From the NCBI GenBank assembly GCA_016748015.1, contig JAAOMT010000675.1, positions 558,001-622,000 of the forward strand: 64,000 bases of DNA, written 5' to 3'. Each line of letters begins with the position of its first letter. Position 1 is the stretch's first letter. This document shows, piece by piece, positions 11,859 to 24,699 of the stretch. The translations under genes were made by a program, and so were the position numbers. Below the pieces are notes generated by a model. That model had not been told where the DNA came from and did no database searches. It saw nothing but the letters and a program-made list of their open reading frames with translations. The stretch comes from Geosiphon pyriformis uo1. Its lineage: Eukaryota > Fungi > Glomeromycota.

Positions 11859-12556
11859 TGTTACAGAATGGTTTTCTTGTTATATTTAATTGCTGATATC
11901 CCGTTTTAATTGCAATCAGTCTTTCGTGAGTTCCTCAATTCTATTTGTGTAATAATGTCACTGTTACACTAAAGGCTTTCTTTTTACTGTTGTGATGTAA
12001 GTTATTCTTTAATTCTTGATTGTTGTGTGTGTTTATGTACTCCTTCTCAAAGGCTGAACTGAAATCTACCCACTGTCTGGGGTTTTTTCTAAGGCTATCC
12101 TTGCAATTGCCTGATGTGTTTCTCTAATCTAGAAACACAGAATGTTAATGGTCTTTAGCACTTTTCTAATTCTCACAATAAAGCTTTTATCAATTAATAA
12201 CAACATAAATAATCTTGATCAAGGATTATTCTTCCAAGGGATTCAGTTGATGAATGATAGTTTCATTCAATAAATAATACAAGTAAGTTTCTTNNNNNNN
12301 NNNNNNNNNNNNNTGTATATATACATGTTTGTAGTTCTACGAGAAAATACTTTCTTTTTGATATTTCAACCTGGTGTTTGCTGCTATCACCAGTTGGTGT
12401 TGGCTGCTATTGTGAACTGGTGCTTGCCACTATCACGAGATGGTGTTTGCTACTATGTTAATCATTACCTTTCTAAGATTATTACTGTGCTATATTATAA
12501 TTGAATAGTTTGTATTATTTTTATGATTCTTTTTGCTAAATTCTTAAACCATAACA
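11859..12556 (-). repeat. 5' LTR of the Gypsy element (contains an N gap)
   Basis: TGTTACAGA...CCATAACA, followed by TSD CCAT. Confidence 0.95.
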
Positions 12557-15500
12557 CCATATATACAGACAGGTGAGCAGTATCAACAGTCAGCAGAATG
12601 TCACAAATGACACCAAAACTATGAAACAAACAAACATCAGAACTAGCACAATTCTCCACAAAAGAGGGACAAATAGAAGGAGGAACAACACTACCGAGAA
12701 ATTGAACAGAGAGATCAAACCACAAAGGGACCGGGCCACAAGGGTTCAGCCTCTTCCAATGCTTGAAGATTCCCCAACTGAAAATGTCCCCATTATGGTC
12801 ACAAAGCTGTTCCACAAAAGCAATTCCATAATGCCTGAGTGAAAAGACACACTTGAAAAAATAATGTTCACCGAGAACCAGAGACATAGGAGTACCACCT
12901 CAATAGTGAAAAACACAAGTCAGAGAGCCACCTAAAGACAAATCATACCCAGAAAAAATACGAATTACACCCACCAAAAAATTATTCAAAGGACTGATAC
13001 CAATGCGAGCTGAAAACAGCAAGAGATGATGAGGACGCCAGCTGAGAGCCTAGAGGTCATGAGACCTATGAGAGAACAAGCAACCCAAGACACTAATAGA
13101 ATTCACAAAAGCAACAACGAAAGCTGATTTATTTTTAGCCTGGATCTGTTCGAAGGTCTTTAAATTGTACAAAGAGAGGTGATGAAGCGCATCACTGGGG
13201 AAATCATGTGGCAACTCAGACTTAGATTTCAAGATTTTGCATACCAGAGCATCCTATTTATTACAAACACCAACAGAAACAAAACTGAACTGAGTCCTGT
13301 AGCTGATGATAGGAAAAAAAACTGCAGACACCAAATATGCACACTGTTTGTCTGAAACTGCCTTTCTTAAAACAAGATTCACAAAAAACTGCACATCCGT
13401 CTGAACTTTAGTCAAGCTAGGCTTCAAAAAACCTTTAGAAGACAAAAAAATACCAAAATAGTGATGAGATTCCCCCTTTTTGGCAATGGAAATGGGTGAG
13501 CCACTAATGGTTAAATGAGGATCCATCACTCAGCAGTTGATAGGGATGGCAACTGTCTTGTTGTTATTTACAGAAATGTCATTGAACCTGAAAAATTCAC
13601 TAGCAACATTAAAGATGTGTTGAATAGCAGCCTGGCTGCTACCAACCCAAATAGTATCATCAACAAAAGCACCAGCAGTGAAAAATGAAGTCAGTCCAGC
13701 TTGAGGATCTACTCGGCCAGTTTTGGAAATAAAATGAGAATTCATTCTGTAACCACACACACTCTCCTGTCTTTTGACTTTGCACAAAAGTGAATCATAA
13801 AAAATATGCCAGAGAAGGGACAAAAAAACTTCTTCCTGATTCAGCCTATCGTGGACACAATACCCATTAGTCAAGCCAAAGTCAGTCATCACCCTGTTAA
13901 CGCGACCATTGTGAATACTGCCAAAAAATCTAATAAATCTGTCACACATCTTAATCCTGACCAGACTTTTCCTAAGATGTTCCCAACCAACCGAGTTATA
14001 AGCTTTGCGCATGTCTTGTAAAACCAGCCAAAGTTTATGGTTCTTCTCCAAGGCATTCTCAACCACAGAATCGATAGCAAAAATAAGAGATTGCATCATT
14101 GTACCTTTCAAAACAGAAAAATTGTCTCCATAAAAAACCTCAAAAGTGCTGCAAGCCAATGAAATTCTATCTGAAAAGATCTTGGAAAAAATCTTGTGGG
14201 CCATTTCAATTAAAGCTATAAGATGGGTGTTCGTAAGAACTCCCTCCTATTCATATGGCTTAAGAATTATCAAAACCCAAGCTTCTTTCCATGGCCCAGG
14301 AACCAATTCACCAACCAAACAGGAATTCAAAAACACCAAAAGCAAATCCAAAACAGATTTGTCACAATGTTTCCACAATTCATTGGAGATACCAGAAAGA
14401 CCAGCCACCTTTCCATCAGGAAGATCCTTGACAACAGTCAACAATTCATCAAAACTAATTTAACACATGACATTAGAGAAAGCACCATCGAACATGTAAT
14501 CCAGAAGCCAATATTGGCGGGCCCAATCCTTAGAGATGTCAGATACTACCACACGCTTTCTGGTTCAACCCTCCATAATTTTGTCCACCTTAGACTTAAC
14601 CAAATCAGGCTCTACAATTAACTCATCTTCTACAACCAGATGATCCAGGACCACCTTGTGAAAAGGACACTCCAAAACACTCCTAATGGTGTGTCCCTTG
14701 TTCAGCTCAAAACTTTCTATCCTCTTACCAATAGCCTGCTTAATCGAGGATTTCTCAACATGCTTGAATTCCAATAATTTGAAAGAGCAGTACGATTTTT
14801 TTGCTTTGGCCAGCGCAGAACGAATAAGATCAAAATTAGAACCTGAAAGAAACAGAGACTTAACCACTGATGCACCAGGAGAGTCGAGCCTGTATCACAT
14901 CTCCAACAAAGAAGCAAAACCATCACTAGAAGCCAAACGCAAAGCCTTGACCAACTTAGAAACCAGCAGCTCCAGTTTGTGAAACCTAGAGGAAGTCTTA
15001 GTAAACACACCATCAAAACCTTTGAACCATTTTTTCTTAAATGTACCACCTGCTAAAAGAACCATAATCTTGCGAATAATATCCTACATAGCATTCATAT
15101 CTGAAAACCTCACTGCCACACCAAAAGCATCCGAGAACATAGAGGCATTAGCAGCTGAAGCATTTTTGAACTCCAACCACCTAGCTTCATCAACACTCTT
15201 GATGTTAAACTTCCAACAATCTTTATTCGCTTGCGTGCAAATAAAATTTAAGCACATATCCAAAAGTCCACCCAAACCCAAAGACACTGAAACAGCTTGA
15301 TGGTCCATGTCAAAATGCTTACTGACATTTAAAACTTCACGATTTGCTATTGCATTGACCAGATTTGGGGAGACAAACACGTAATCAATTGTTTTTTTAA
15401 CACCCCTAGAATTTTTCCAAGTGGGCATTTTCACAGCCGGACTACCGACTAAAGAATTGACCAGACTCAAATCAAAGCATTTTTTGAAACTTGCACTCTT

Positions 15501-15971
15501 ATGAGAACTGTTTTCATTAAAATCACCTCCAAGAATGATGAAAAAAGATTCGTTAACAGCCTTCGCAATAAGAGAGTTGATCTCATCAGCCTGAGAAAAC
15601 CATACCACTGAAGAAGCACCAGCATAAAGCCCCAGAATTAACACTGAAAGCTTATTCTTGAAAAGTAATTTAATAGACAGAAGCCAGCCAGACACTTCAG
15701 AAACCTTGCACACATGCCTTGCCAAAAAAAAGTCCATGACAACCACCACACCAGCACCCAGATATCCAGAATCTAAACCAGAGGTAAACACCTGAACATC
15801 ATCAAACTTGTTGATAATCCAGGGACAAATCTTATTCTTCAATTTCGTCTCAGTAAAAATAGAAACCAAATTGTCTATGTTTTTATGCCAATAAACTATA
15901 TTGTTCTGCTTTGCAGAAACATTCATGCCCCAAACATTACACATGACAAATTTTCAAACCAGACTGCTCAT
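12557..15971 (-). pseudogene. LINE ORF2 N-terminal part: APE endonuclease and RT, multiple stops
   Basis: TETKL, GGDFN, IDYVFVS, DHQAV (APE); IIL.KPYE, LQDMRKAYNSV, GAFVDD, NNNKT, YFGI (RT). Confidence 0.92.
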
Positions 15972-17848
15972 TGGGGTGAAAACAATAAAAAAGAACCCAA
16001 ACCAGCACACAAAAGATCCAATCTCGCCAAAACAGAACTGACTGAAGCCTCCAAAGCTGACATTTTAGACTCCAAACCACCTATCTTGGTAGTTAGAATC
16101 TTCGAACAACTCGAATTGAAGCCAGCACCCATATCAATACTTGGAGAATGGGGACTGAACAATACCAATTCACCATCCAAAGCCATGTCAGAATCTAAAC
16201 CAGAGGCCAAAGGCACAGATCCAACCAAAAGAGGGGCACCAGAAGATAGAACCATAAGCACCAATTCAACAAAACTCAATTTCCTCAAAATATCAGACAC
16301 TTGGTCAGCCAACAACTCGAGAAAGCGTTCCAAAGACACCAGATGAGCATTCAAAGAAGAGTCGGCAATTGTAGAAGAAGAAGGACCACCACCCAAATCT
16401 GAGGTCATATGGTAAGAGGAACCAGCACCAAGACCAGAACTAGAAGGAGAGCCACCAGAAAGGGAAGCAAGAGAGACTATCTGGGCCCACAATTTGCCAC
16501 CAAAGGCAGCAGGGCAGGATATAGGAACATTTTTCTTTGCATATAACTTGGCCAACTGGAGATGATCCACACCAGGAGTATGCCTTTTATTAAAGCTATT
16601 TAAAAGATCAGAAGATGACACATCTGATGTATCACACTCTAAAGCCAAATGTCCAAAACGCCCACATTTTCCACACCAAACCAAATCCAGCCTAGCCCAA
16701 GAAAGATGAACACCACCAAAAACAGGCTTAGTGAGAAAAGTGGAATTCAGATCATTCTCAGATTCAAAGCCAACCACAGCACAACAAACCCTATTGCCAG
16801 TGTTCAATGAACAATTAATAATGCAAGTTCTGCCACTAGTTTTATCCAAAAGATTACTAAGATCATGTGCTGTTGTTCTCACCAGCAATGTAAACAGAAG
16901 TGCCCTAAAACGATCCCTAAAGGCCCAGATATCGCGATCTCCCACAGCTTTTGCCACACGCACAGAGTCTTTCCCAATTAAGAAGGACCATTTTAAAGCC
17001 AATTGCTCTGCCTGTCCTGATTCAGCAAATTCTACCACAGTCTTTTGCCACATTCCAATTAGCTGAATTTTGATTGATTTAATATCCCCAAATTCAGACA
17101 CTGCAGCGATGATCATTTCCTTTGGTGTATCTATAGGAATTTCTTTGATGACTATGGTCCAATCTGAATGAACTCCTTGTTTTTTGAGATCATTGTTTAC
17201 GATGATCCTCTTCTCTCTAGCCAATGATGTTTCTATGCTTCTTTCTGATGTGAATGTGGATTTGATGATCCCTTCAAATTTTGAAAGAGTAGTGGCCCCC
17301 CCAAAACCATTGATTTCTGAAAATAATTTTCTTATAATCTGAGTTTTGGCCATTGCTGATTTCTCTTCTACAGCTGAAAGATTGATGTCCAAAGCAAAAA
17401 ATTTTTTTACAGACACCTCAACCTGAGTTTTAACAATTTTAGGATCAATCCACTTTTTATCCAGAGGGATAAACATGCAAGAGGAAAGCACAATTTCATC
17501 ATCATCCATAGTGAAGTCAGAAGAGCCAAGTGGAGATCCAAATATTGTGCCAGTATCAACACATTTTGCCTTGGGAGTAGTTGTAGCTGAACCCAAAAGA
17601 GACCCTCCATGTACACCTGTCATGCCAACATTCTCATCATTACCAGACAGACTATTCACATCAGAGTACACACTATCACCAGGCCCAGATTTATTTAAAG
17701 AGATATCTCTCTTATCACCAGAGTGTTTAACATTGCCAAGAACCATTCTTTTTTTCTGAGCAAAAGAACCACCAGTAGGACCATGGAAAGCATCTTTGGG
17801 TGCCTTCTTTTTTGACATATCACTGCCCGAAGCAGTCTTCAAATCCAC
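15968..17848 (-). CDS. LINE ORF1 (626 aa; RRM-like region, CCHC knuckle, C-terminal coiled coil)
   Basis: Intact ORF upstream of ORF2; CGKCGRFGHLALEC; VIKEIP...AVSEFGDIKSIKIQ. Confidence 0.88.
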   Translation of the reverse strand: MDLKTASGSDMSKKKAPKDAFHGPTGGSFAQKKRMVLGNVKHSGDKRDISLNKSGPGDSVYSDVNSLSGNDENVGMTGVHGGSLLGSATTTPKAKCVDTGTIFGSPLGSSDFTMDDDEIVLSSCMFIPLDKKWIDPKIVKTQVEVSVKKFFALDINLSAVEEKSAMAKTQIIRKLFSEINGFGGATTLSKFEGIIKSTFTSERSIETSLAREKRIIVNNDLKKQGVHSDWTIVIKEIPIDTPKEMIIAAVSEFGDIKSIKIQLIGMWQKTVVEFAESGQAEQLALKWSFLIGKDSVRVAKAVGDRDIWAFRDRFRALLFTLLVRTTAHDLSNLLDKTSGRTCIINCSLNTGNRVCCAVVGFESENDLNSTFLTKPVFGGVHLSWARLDLVWCGKCGRFGHLALECDTSDVSSSDLLNSFNKRHTPGVDHLQLAKLYAKKNVPISCPAAFGGKLWAQIVSLASLSGGSPSSSGLGAGSSYHMTSDLGGGPSSSTIADSSLNAHLVSLERFLELLADQVSDILRKLSFVELVLMVLSSGAPLLVGSVPLASGLDSDMALDGELVLFSPHSPSIDMGAGFNSSCSKILTTKIGGLESKMSALEASVSSVLARLDLLCAGLGSFLLFSPQ

Positions 17849-18481
17849 GATGAAAGGATTATTGTTTAAGAAAATGTTGAAAGAAAACTAACAAGAAAAA
17901 ATAAAAAAAAAACTTCTTTTTCAGAAAATGCACTTTTTGAGGATTTTTGGAGGTAAGAGAGAAAGAAGTTTTTTCTTTTTTTTTCTTCCAAATATAATTA
18001 GTATAATGTTTTTAAAACTTTAATAATTTGAATTAATTGTTCTTGATTATAATAATTAATAAAATACTAATCATTTTATTTTATTTTAAGAATTTATAAA
18101 TCATTTAAAAATAATATAAATAATATAAATAACATATTAGTATTTAATTATTGTAATAAGTAATTTAATATTATAATATTATAATAATCTAATAAAAAAA
18201 AACATATTATAAAAAATTGATTTTATAATAAAGTATAACTTATTAAAAAAATAAAAAAAATATTAGATTCTATTAATTACAATTAAATAAAATAAATTTG
18301 ACTAATTATAATTAAAAAATTCATATTATACTATTAAAAAACAATAAATAATATTATTATTATTAATACAAAAAGTTTTGATATTTTTATTTTTTATAAA
18401 AACTTAATAAATAAATTTCATAAAAATTTTTAAAATTAACAAAACTAATATCTTATAATTAAATACTTAAAATAAAGCTTA

Positions 18482-19169
18482 CTCCAATGTGATGTGTTTG
18501 TTTTGCGGTGATCTTGAAATTTCAGATCATGTTTTTTCTTGCCCTTTCGATGCTAGTGATTGTGTTCGGTTGATGAATGCCCATGCATCTGTTTGGAAAA
18601 TACACTCGGGTTTGTCTCGCTCGACTTCATGTGTTTCGCAGTCACTTTCTGATTGCGCTTCCAATGCTATTGTTAGTACGGCTATAAGTAAGGGCTTTGT
18701 TTTCAATAAGTGGTATCATGAATCTCTTTCTGTTTTCAAGGACTCTAAAATGGCAGCTCAAAATATTGTGGCATTTGTTTGCGAATTCTGTCTTGTATTC
18801 CGTGATGATATTTGGCTGGTGCGTGTGAAACACAGAGCTGTTATGAAGAAAGGTGGCTTGATCCCGTGTAACAGCTCTATTTCTATCTCAGTTTCTGGTC
18901 TTCCTTCGGTGCTTTCGTCTGGTGTAATTAGATTGTTGGGTATTGCTGATGCTCTTGGTGTTAGTTTTGGATTTTGTAAATCTAGTTTATTCTTTTCAGG
19001 TGTAGGTGACTTGGTCTCGGTGCATATAGGTGCCTAGTGTTGTCCTAACTAGTCTGAGTGGCTGGTCACGTGTAGAAAAAGCATGATTTACACCTAGTTT
19101 AGATCACTTGTATGATGTATTGTACTAGGTAGTGTTTGGACCTCACTCATTAAAAAATAAAAAATAAAA
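18482..19169 (+). mobile_element. 5'-truncated LINE copy (Zn-knuckle C-terminus, 3' UTR, A-rich tail)
   Basis: ORF 18489-19037 homologous to 1860-2444; 14-bp TSD TAAAATAAAGCTTA at 18468-18481 and 19170-19183. Confidence 0.9.
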
Positions 19170-19429
19170 TAAAATAAAGCTTATAAATTATAATTAAAAA
19201 TAAAATCTTAAAAAAAAAGTATATATAATTAATTAAAACAGTATTATATTAATATTTTATTATTAGTATTATCTATACTAAATATAAATATTAATCAAAT
19301 AAAATAAAATTTTATAAGATTTAAAATTAATTATTATTATTAAATTTAATATAATAAAATTAATTAGTAAAAAAAAATATAATTATTAATAATATATAAC
19401 AAAAAAAATACAAAAAAAACATTAATAAT

Positions 19430-20210
19430 ATTTATTTATTATTTAATTATTGTTTTAAATATCATAAAAAAATTAATAATGTATATTTTTTTAAACAATA
19501 ATTTATTATTAAAAAATAATTTGTTTTGTGTATTCTTTAGTCTTAACAAGTTTTCTATGTCAATTATCTTAAAGACTTTAATGTATTTCAATAAAATTAA
19601 TTTTTTAAAGAGATTTAGTATGGCTTTTAGTAATAGATTTTTGAATAAACAAAACAAATTTATAGATTAAAAGACTTTTTATTACTAGAAAAGATTAAAT
19701 TCTAGAAAGCTTATATTTTTTTAGTTTGTTCTGATATTAAAATTTTTACATAATTCTAATCTTGTATTAATATCTTCTAATGTAATCTCTGAATTAGTAA
19801 ATATAAATGTTTTATTGATAAATAAGTTTTTAATTTTAAGAAAATACTTATATAAAATCTGGTTAAATTCAGTTAATATATACTAATAAGTTTTTAAAAA
19901 ATTTGGATTTTGTTGTAATTGTAGATAAGACTATTGTTTATTTTCTCGAAATAGATTTGGAAGTTAAAGTTAAAGTTTATAGATTGTTGTCTTTAATACT
20001 GGCTAAATTGCAAGTCATTACTCTTTTTCTAAAATACATACTTTTTTTTTGTGCTGTAATTATGTACTTAGTATTATTAGAGATTTTTGGTCTCTTTTTT
20101 TGAATGTTGTTAATATCAGTTTGCTGTTAATTTATGTTTTCTAAAAGCAATTGAGTCTTTAATAACTGAATTTATTTTCAAATTATCTTTTATAATTTGA
20201 ACTGCTGGGC
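19430..20210 (+). mobile_element. Eroded LINE ORF2 fragment (RNase H region)
   Basis: KVYRLLSLILAKLQVITLFL is a decayed GVxGLxSSTLAELQAIALAL. Confidence 0.6.
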
Positions 20211-20246
20211 TTATAAGTAAAATAACCAATTTTATACTAGTTACTT

Positions 20247-20440
20247 TGTATAGTTATATTGTAGTAAATATCAACTCTTTTTCAAAAATTGCTTATTTAG
20301 AAGCTTACTAAATTATGTATAGTTATTTTTACTGTAAAAATCAATTTTTTTTAGAAATTGTTTGTCTAAAAGCTTATTAAATTATGTATAATTACTTTGT
20401 TGTAAAAATTAACTCTTTTACAAGAATTTTGTTTATAGAT
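20247..20440. repeat. ~70-bp degenerate tandem repeat (about 2.7 copies)
   Basis: Recurring TGTATARTTA...AAMTCTTTT...AAGCTTAYTAAATTA units. Confidence 0.6.
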
Positions 20441-21109
20441 TATCCTAATGATTATGATAAAAAAAAAGTAAAAAATAAAAAAAAAGTAAAAAAAATGGAA
20501 TTTTGTTAAGAGAATCGTTTTTGGTCTAGGCCTGAAGTCACTAAAAAATTACTGAAATTGGTAGTTAATTAAATTTCAAAATGTTAGATTAAATTTTAGA
20601 GAATATTAAATATAATTAATTTCAAGAATTGGTTTTTAAAGTATATTTTTTTATTTTAAATTGTACTAATGAGGATAAATTTAAAGTAAAATATCTATGA
20701 TAAAATATATTTTTTCAAAAAAAAAAACTTTTTTTATATAACTTGTTATAATATTAGTTTATAAACTTGAATTTTTTTTTTGCTATTATTTTGATAAACT
20801 AAAATATATTTCGATAAACTACAAATTATTTTGATAGACTATTAACTATTTCAGTAAATTATTTATTATTTTGGCAAATTTCTACAAATTTTAACAATTT
20901 CTTAACTGTTACATAGTTTAGAGTATTGTGTAATTTGATTATCTTAACTTCTATTGTACAAATCAGATTATTAATTAAAATAACAATTTTTAATAATTTT
21001 GATTAAATAATAATAATATATACTAATTAATAATAAAAATTATAAAAGTAATTTTATGATAAATAATAACTAAAATTCTACTGATAATATCAAATAGCCA
21101 AATTTCTAT

Positions 21110-22310
21110 AGATACATACATATTAGAATTAGAGTCTTTAATTCTTGATTTTTACAATTGCTGTTGAATAGAAAAAAGACAAATTGTAAACTTGATTAGA
21201 AATAAAGATTTTTTAGTGGTTTGGTTAAAAGTTAAGAGACATTTAGGGATTTTAAACAATGTTTATGCTAATGTTTTAGTAAGTAAGACTGTATGTTTAT
21301 CTTTATTATTATTTAGCAATATGTATAAATGCTTTATTGAAGTTAATGATTTAATAATTTTTAATAATATTTATTATTTTGTTTATGATATTTATAGATT
21401 AGTAAATTATATCTGTTAAAAAGCTAGATCTGATTCTTAGATAATTAAAAGTTCCTTAATTTATAAGATTAATTAGATTTATATTATTATAGTTTAACAT
21501 CTAAATACACATATGTTTTTAGATTTTACTAATAAAATTTTAGCTGGTTTGCACACATATTTTATAAAAACAGTCTATAAAAAGTTGTCTATTATGGTCA
21601 AAAAAAGACTTTATAACAGAGATTATCTAAGCATTTTGTGTTTACAATATAAAAAAGTTAAGTTTTCTAATTACATATTTACATGTTTACAAAAAGTTAA
21701 TTCTTATAAGAAAATAATCTCTAATCAAGTTTTGTTTTGGAGGTCTTTAATTGAATTTTATGCTTTATTATCTTTTGTAAATGGAATTATTTTTAGTATG
21801 TTTGTTGAATATTAAATTATATATGTTTTTTTACAAAGACTTTATTTTTAAAAATTGATATAATAAAGCAATATAAGTATTTGATAACTATAAGGAGACT
21901 ATTTGTGTATTAGTTAATTTTGTACATAAATTGAGTAAATATCATTATTTTGTTTTGTGGGAGTTTAAGTTTAAATACAGAACCAACATAGAAAAATGTA
22001 AGTTGATTGATAATAATAGAAAAATATCTAGTGTTTCTTGCACTTCAAAGACAAAGTTGTTAAATAAAATAGTCAAATTAATTAGTATTAATAAGTCTTT
22101 TAGTATTAGTTTTGGTTTTTATAAGTCTTATTTGTTTTTTTTTAGGTCTAAATAAAGAGATTTTTGTTCATATAAGTGTATAGTGTTGTCTTAATTAATC
22201 TGAGTAATTGGTTATATGTAAAAAGAATATGAATTACATCTAGCTAGGACTCTTAGTTTTGGTTTTATATATTAAATAGTAATTAAACTGCACTTGTTAA
22301 AATAATATAA
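21110..22310 (+). mobile_element. Eroded 3' portion of a LINE with 3' UTR
   Basis: WLKVKRHLG, TYFIKTVYKKL, SFGFYKSYLFF remnants; family 3' UTR at ~22180-22300. Confidence 0.75.
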
Positions 22311-22469
22311 AAAAAATTAAATATAAAAATAACAATTAATAATAAAATAATTAATAAAAAAATTAAAATAGACAATTATATTAAAAAACAATTATTATAC
22401 AATTTAAAAAATTAATAATTATAAATTAAAAAAATTAAAAAAAATAGATTTTGCTAATTTATTATTAAT

Positions 22470-22760
22470 ATTTTTTTATTAAATATTTAATAAATATGGC
22501 TTAACTATTATTTAGAAGTTAGAAACAAATTAAGTATCTTAGTATTAAATATAGTTCATATGCTTTTTACATGTAATTAGCTATTTAAGCCAATTTAAAC
22601 TACATTATATTAATATACAGAAGAAAACTTACTTAAAAAAAACATTCTTTAAATTATATTAAACAAAATAACACTATAAAAAACTAATTTAACCAGTTAT
22701 TTAGCTGTTTTTAAGGAATTAGTTTTGATAATAACATCAAATTAAAAAATATTCTATTGT
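22470..22760 (-). mobile_element. 3' end fragment of a divergent LINE subfamily
   Basis: Reverse complement aligns with 47030-47300. Confidence 0.65.
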
Positions 22761-22799
22761 TAACAACAACTTAATTTGTTAAATTATTAAACATGTTAA

Positions 22800-24271
22800 T
22801 ATTTTTTATGTAACATTTTTTTTTAATAAAACCTATAAATTTACTACAGTATTTAATTAAGTTAAAAGTCAGTTTTGTTAATAATTATTTGGTAAATATT
22901 ATTAAAATTTTTTTAAATAATAAAATTTCTTTGGCAAACAACTTGTTTAATGCTTTTTATTTTTTTGGCTGTTTTTTAATATCTAAAATTTTGGAAAATT
23001 TCTATTACTTTAATGTGACTTGTTTTTTAAAGTGCTTAAGTATTGTCTTTGATAATAAGTTATTAAATAAACATAAATTAGTTATGAATTGAAAATTTTT
23101 TTATTATTAAAAAAAGTTAAGTTCAAAAAGTCTAGTACTATTGTAATTTAAGAAAACTTCAAAATATATAAATAATTTCTTTGTTAATTTTAATGAAATT
23201 ATTTTAATCTTTGATTGTTTTAATTTTTTATGCTTTGAAAAATTTGCAGATATTTAAGAATATTTGTATAAGTTGTAAATAAAAATAATTTATGTATATA
23301 TTAATAGTTTATTAAAAGGTTTAAGTACTATAGAAGTAATAAATAAAACAGTAGTTTATTTTTTTTATATTAAAATAAATATAAGTATTAAAGTTTATGA
23401 ATTGTCTTCTTTGATATTGTTTGAATTACAAACAATTATTTTGGCTTTAGAATATGTTTTTTTTTGTTTAGTAGTTTTGTATATAAACAGTTATATTATT
23501 ATAGATATGTATATTTCTAAGCTTAAACTTAATTTGTCTAATGTTCAGAATAAGTGTTAGGTAAAAAGACATTATATGACTAATTTGATTAAGTTTAAAA
23601 ACAGTTATATTAAGTAAATAAAAGCCAAAAGCCATTTAAAAATAACTGATAATAATTGAACAAATACTTTTGTATATAATATAATATATTCTGGTTTAAT
23701 TTTTTTTATTGATATTTGTTAAAAATTTATTATGGCTGATAATTTAATTATGTTGAACAATATTTATTATTTTATTTACAATATTTATTAAATTGTTTGT
23801 TGAATTTAATAAGAAGCAGATTTGAATATGAAAATTATAAACAGCTCATTTATTTGGAATATAGACTGAATTTATATTGTATTAGTTTAGTATTAAAATT
23901 TACATATGCTTTTTGAATTTACTAGCAAAATTTTAGTCACTTTCTATATATATTTAATAAAGATAGTTCATAAAAATTGTTAGTGATTATTAAAAAAAAA
24001 CTTTATAACACAAATTATTCAGGTGTTTTATGCTTAATATATGATAATATTAAGCTACTTGATCATATTTTTACTTGTTTAAAAGATGTTTTTATGTGCT
24101 CTAAAATTTTGTTTGGTTATGTTAAATTGTAAAAATTATTAATAAAAACTTGTTTCTTATTAATATTTGGTAATAAAAAAAAACTGTATTAGTAATAATT
24201 AATTTTGTTTGTTATTTAATTAAAAACATTATAATAAGTTGTGACTTTTTAGATCCAAGTTCAGAATAAAT
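22800..24271 (+). mobile_element. Eroded LINE ORF2 (RNase H to Zn-knuckle); left half of the copy split by the Sola element
   Basis: Decayed VYxxSL, ELQTI.LALE and DHIFTC motifs; reading frame FRSKFRIN|IKNYGLVD continues at 28381. Confidence 0.75.
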
Positions 24272-24327
24272 AGGATATGTTATAACAAAACCAAACAAAG
24301 TAAATATTCTATTATGTAACATAAATA
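24272..24327 (+). repeat. Left TIR (eroded)
   Basis: 46/56 match to the reverse complement of 28325-28380; all 10 differences are G>A or C>T. Confidence 0.9.
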
Positions 24328-24699
24328 AAAAGCTGATTTTATAATATGATTGTAAAATTGACTAATATAATTGATGATATTTTGAAAAGTAATAATAGTG
24401 CTTATTTATAACTTATAAACTTGTTAATTTTAATACTTACTTTATTATACCAAAATATGATAAATATAAATCATAACAAAATTAATATAAGATTATTTCT
24501 ATATAAAAAATATTAATATAAAACTAATTTACATTAAATCTATTATAGAATTCAAGAATTATAATATTATTAAAAGTATTATAAAAAAAGCCTAAAGAAA
24601 AAAATTACTCCATATATTTTTAAAATTAATGATACCAAAGTTTTTTAAAAATACTTAGATCAAAAAAAAATTACTTATAAAATTTACCAATATTATTTA

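Larger units (their letters stand above)
3138..12556 (-). mobile_element. Ty3/Gypsy LTR retrotransposon (gag-PR-Cys-rich-dUTPase-RT-RH-IN plus 3' ORF), nested in the LINE
   Basis: Two ~700-bp TG...CA LTRs, 4-bp TSD CCAT (3134-3137 and 12557-12560), PBS and PPT, PR-RT-RH-IN domain order. Confidence 0.95.
1728..17987 (-). mobile_element. Full-length non-LTR retrotransposon (LINE: ORF1 plus ORF2 APE-RT-RNaseH-CCHC), ~6.8 kb once the nested Gypsy is removed
   Basis: 9-bp TSD CCAAATATA at 1719-1727 and 17988-17996; poly(A) tail (T-run from 1728); ORF1, endonuclease, RT, RNase H and Zn-finger in canonical order. Confidence 0.93.

Noticed and set aside
1813-17759. Plus-strand ORFs overlapping the LINE and Gypsy
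   Set aside because: Antisense shadows of TE coding sequence with no motifs
19439-19670. Short K/N/I/L/F-rich ORFs (also 34355, 46547, 59828, 61820)
   Set aside because: Compositional ORFs in AT-eroded DNA
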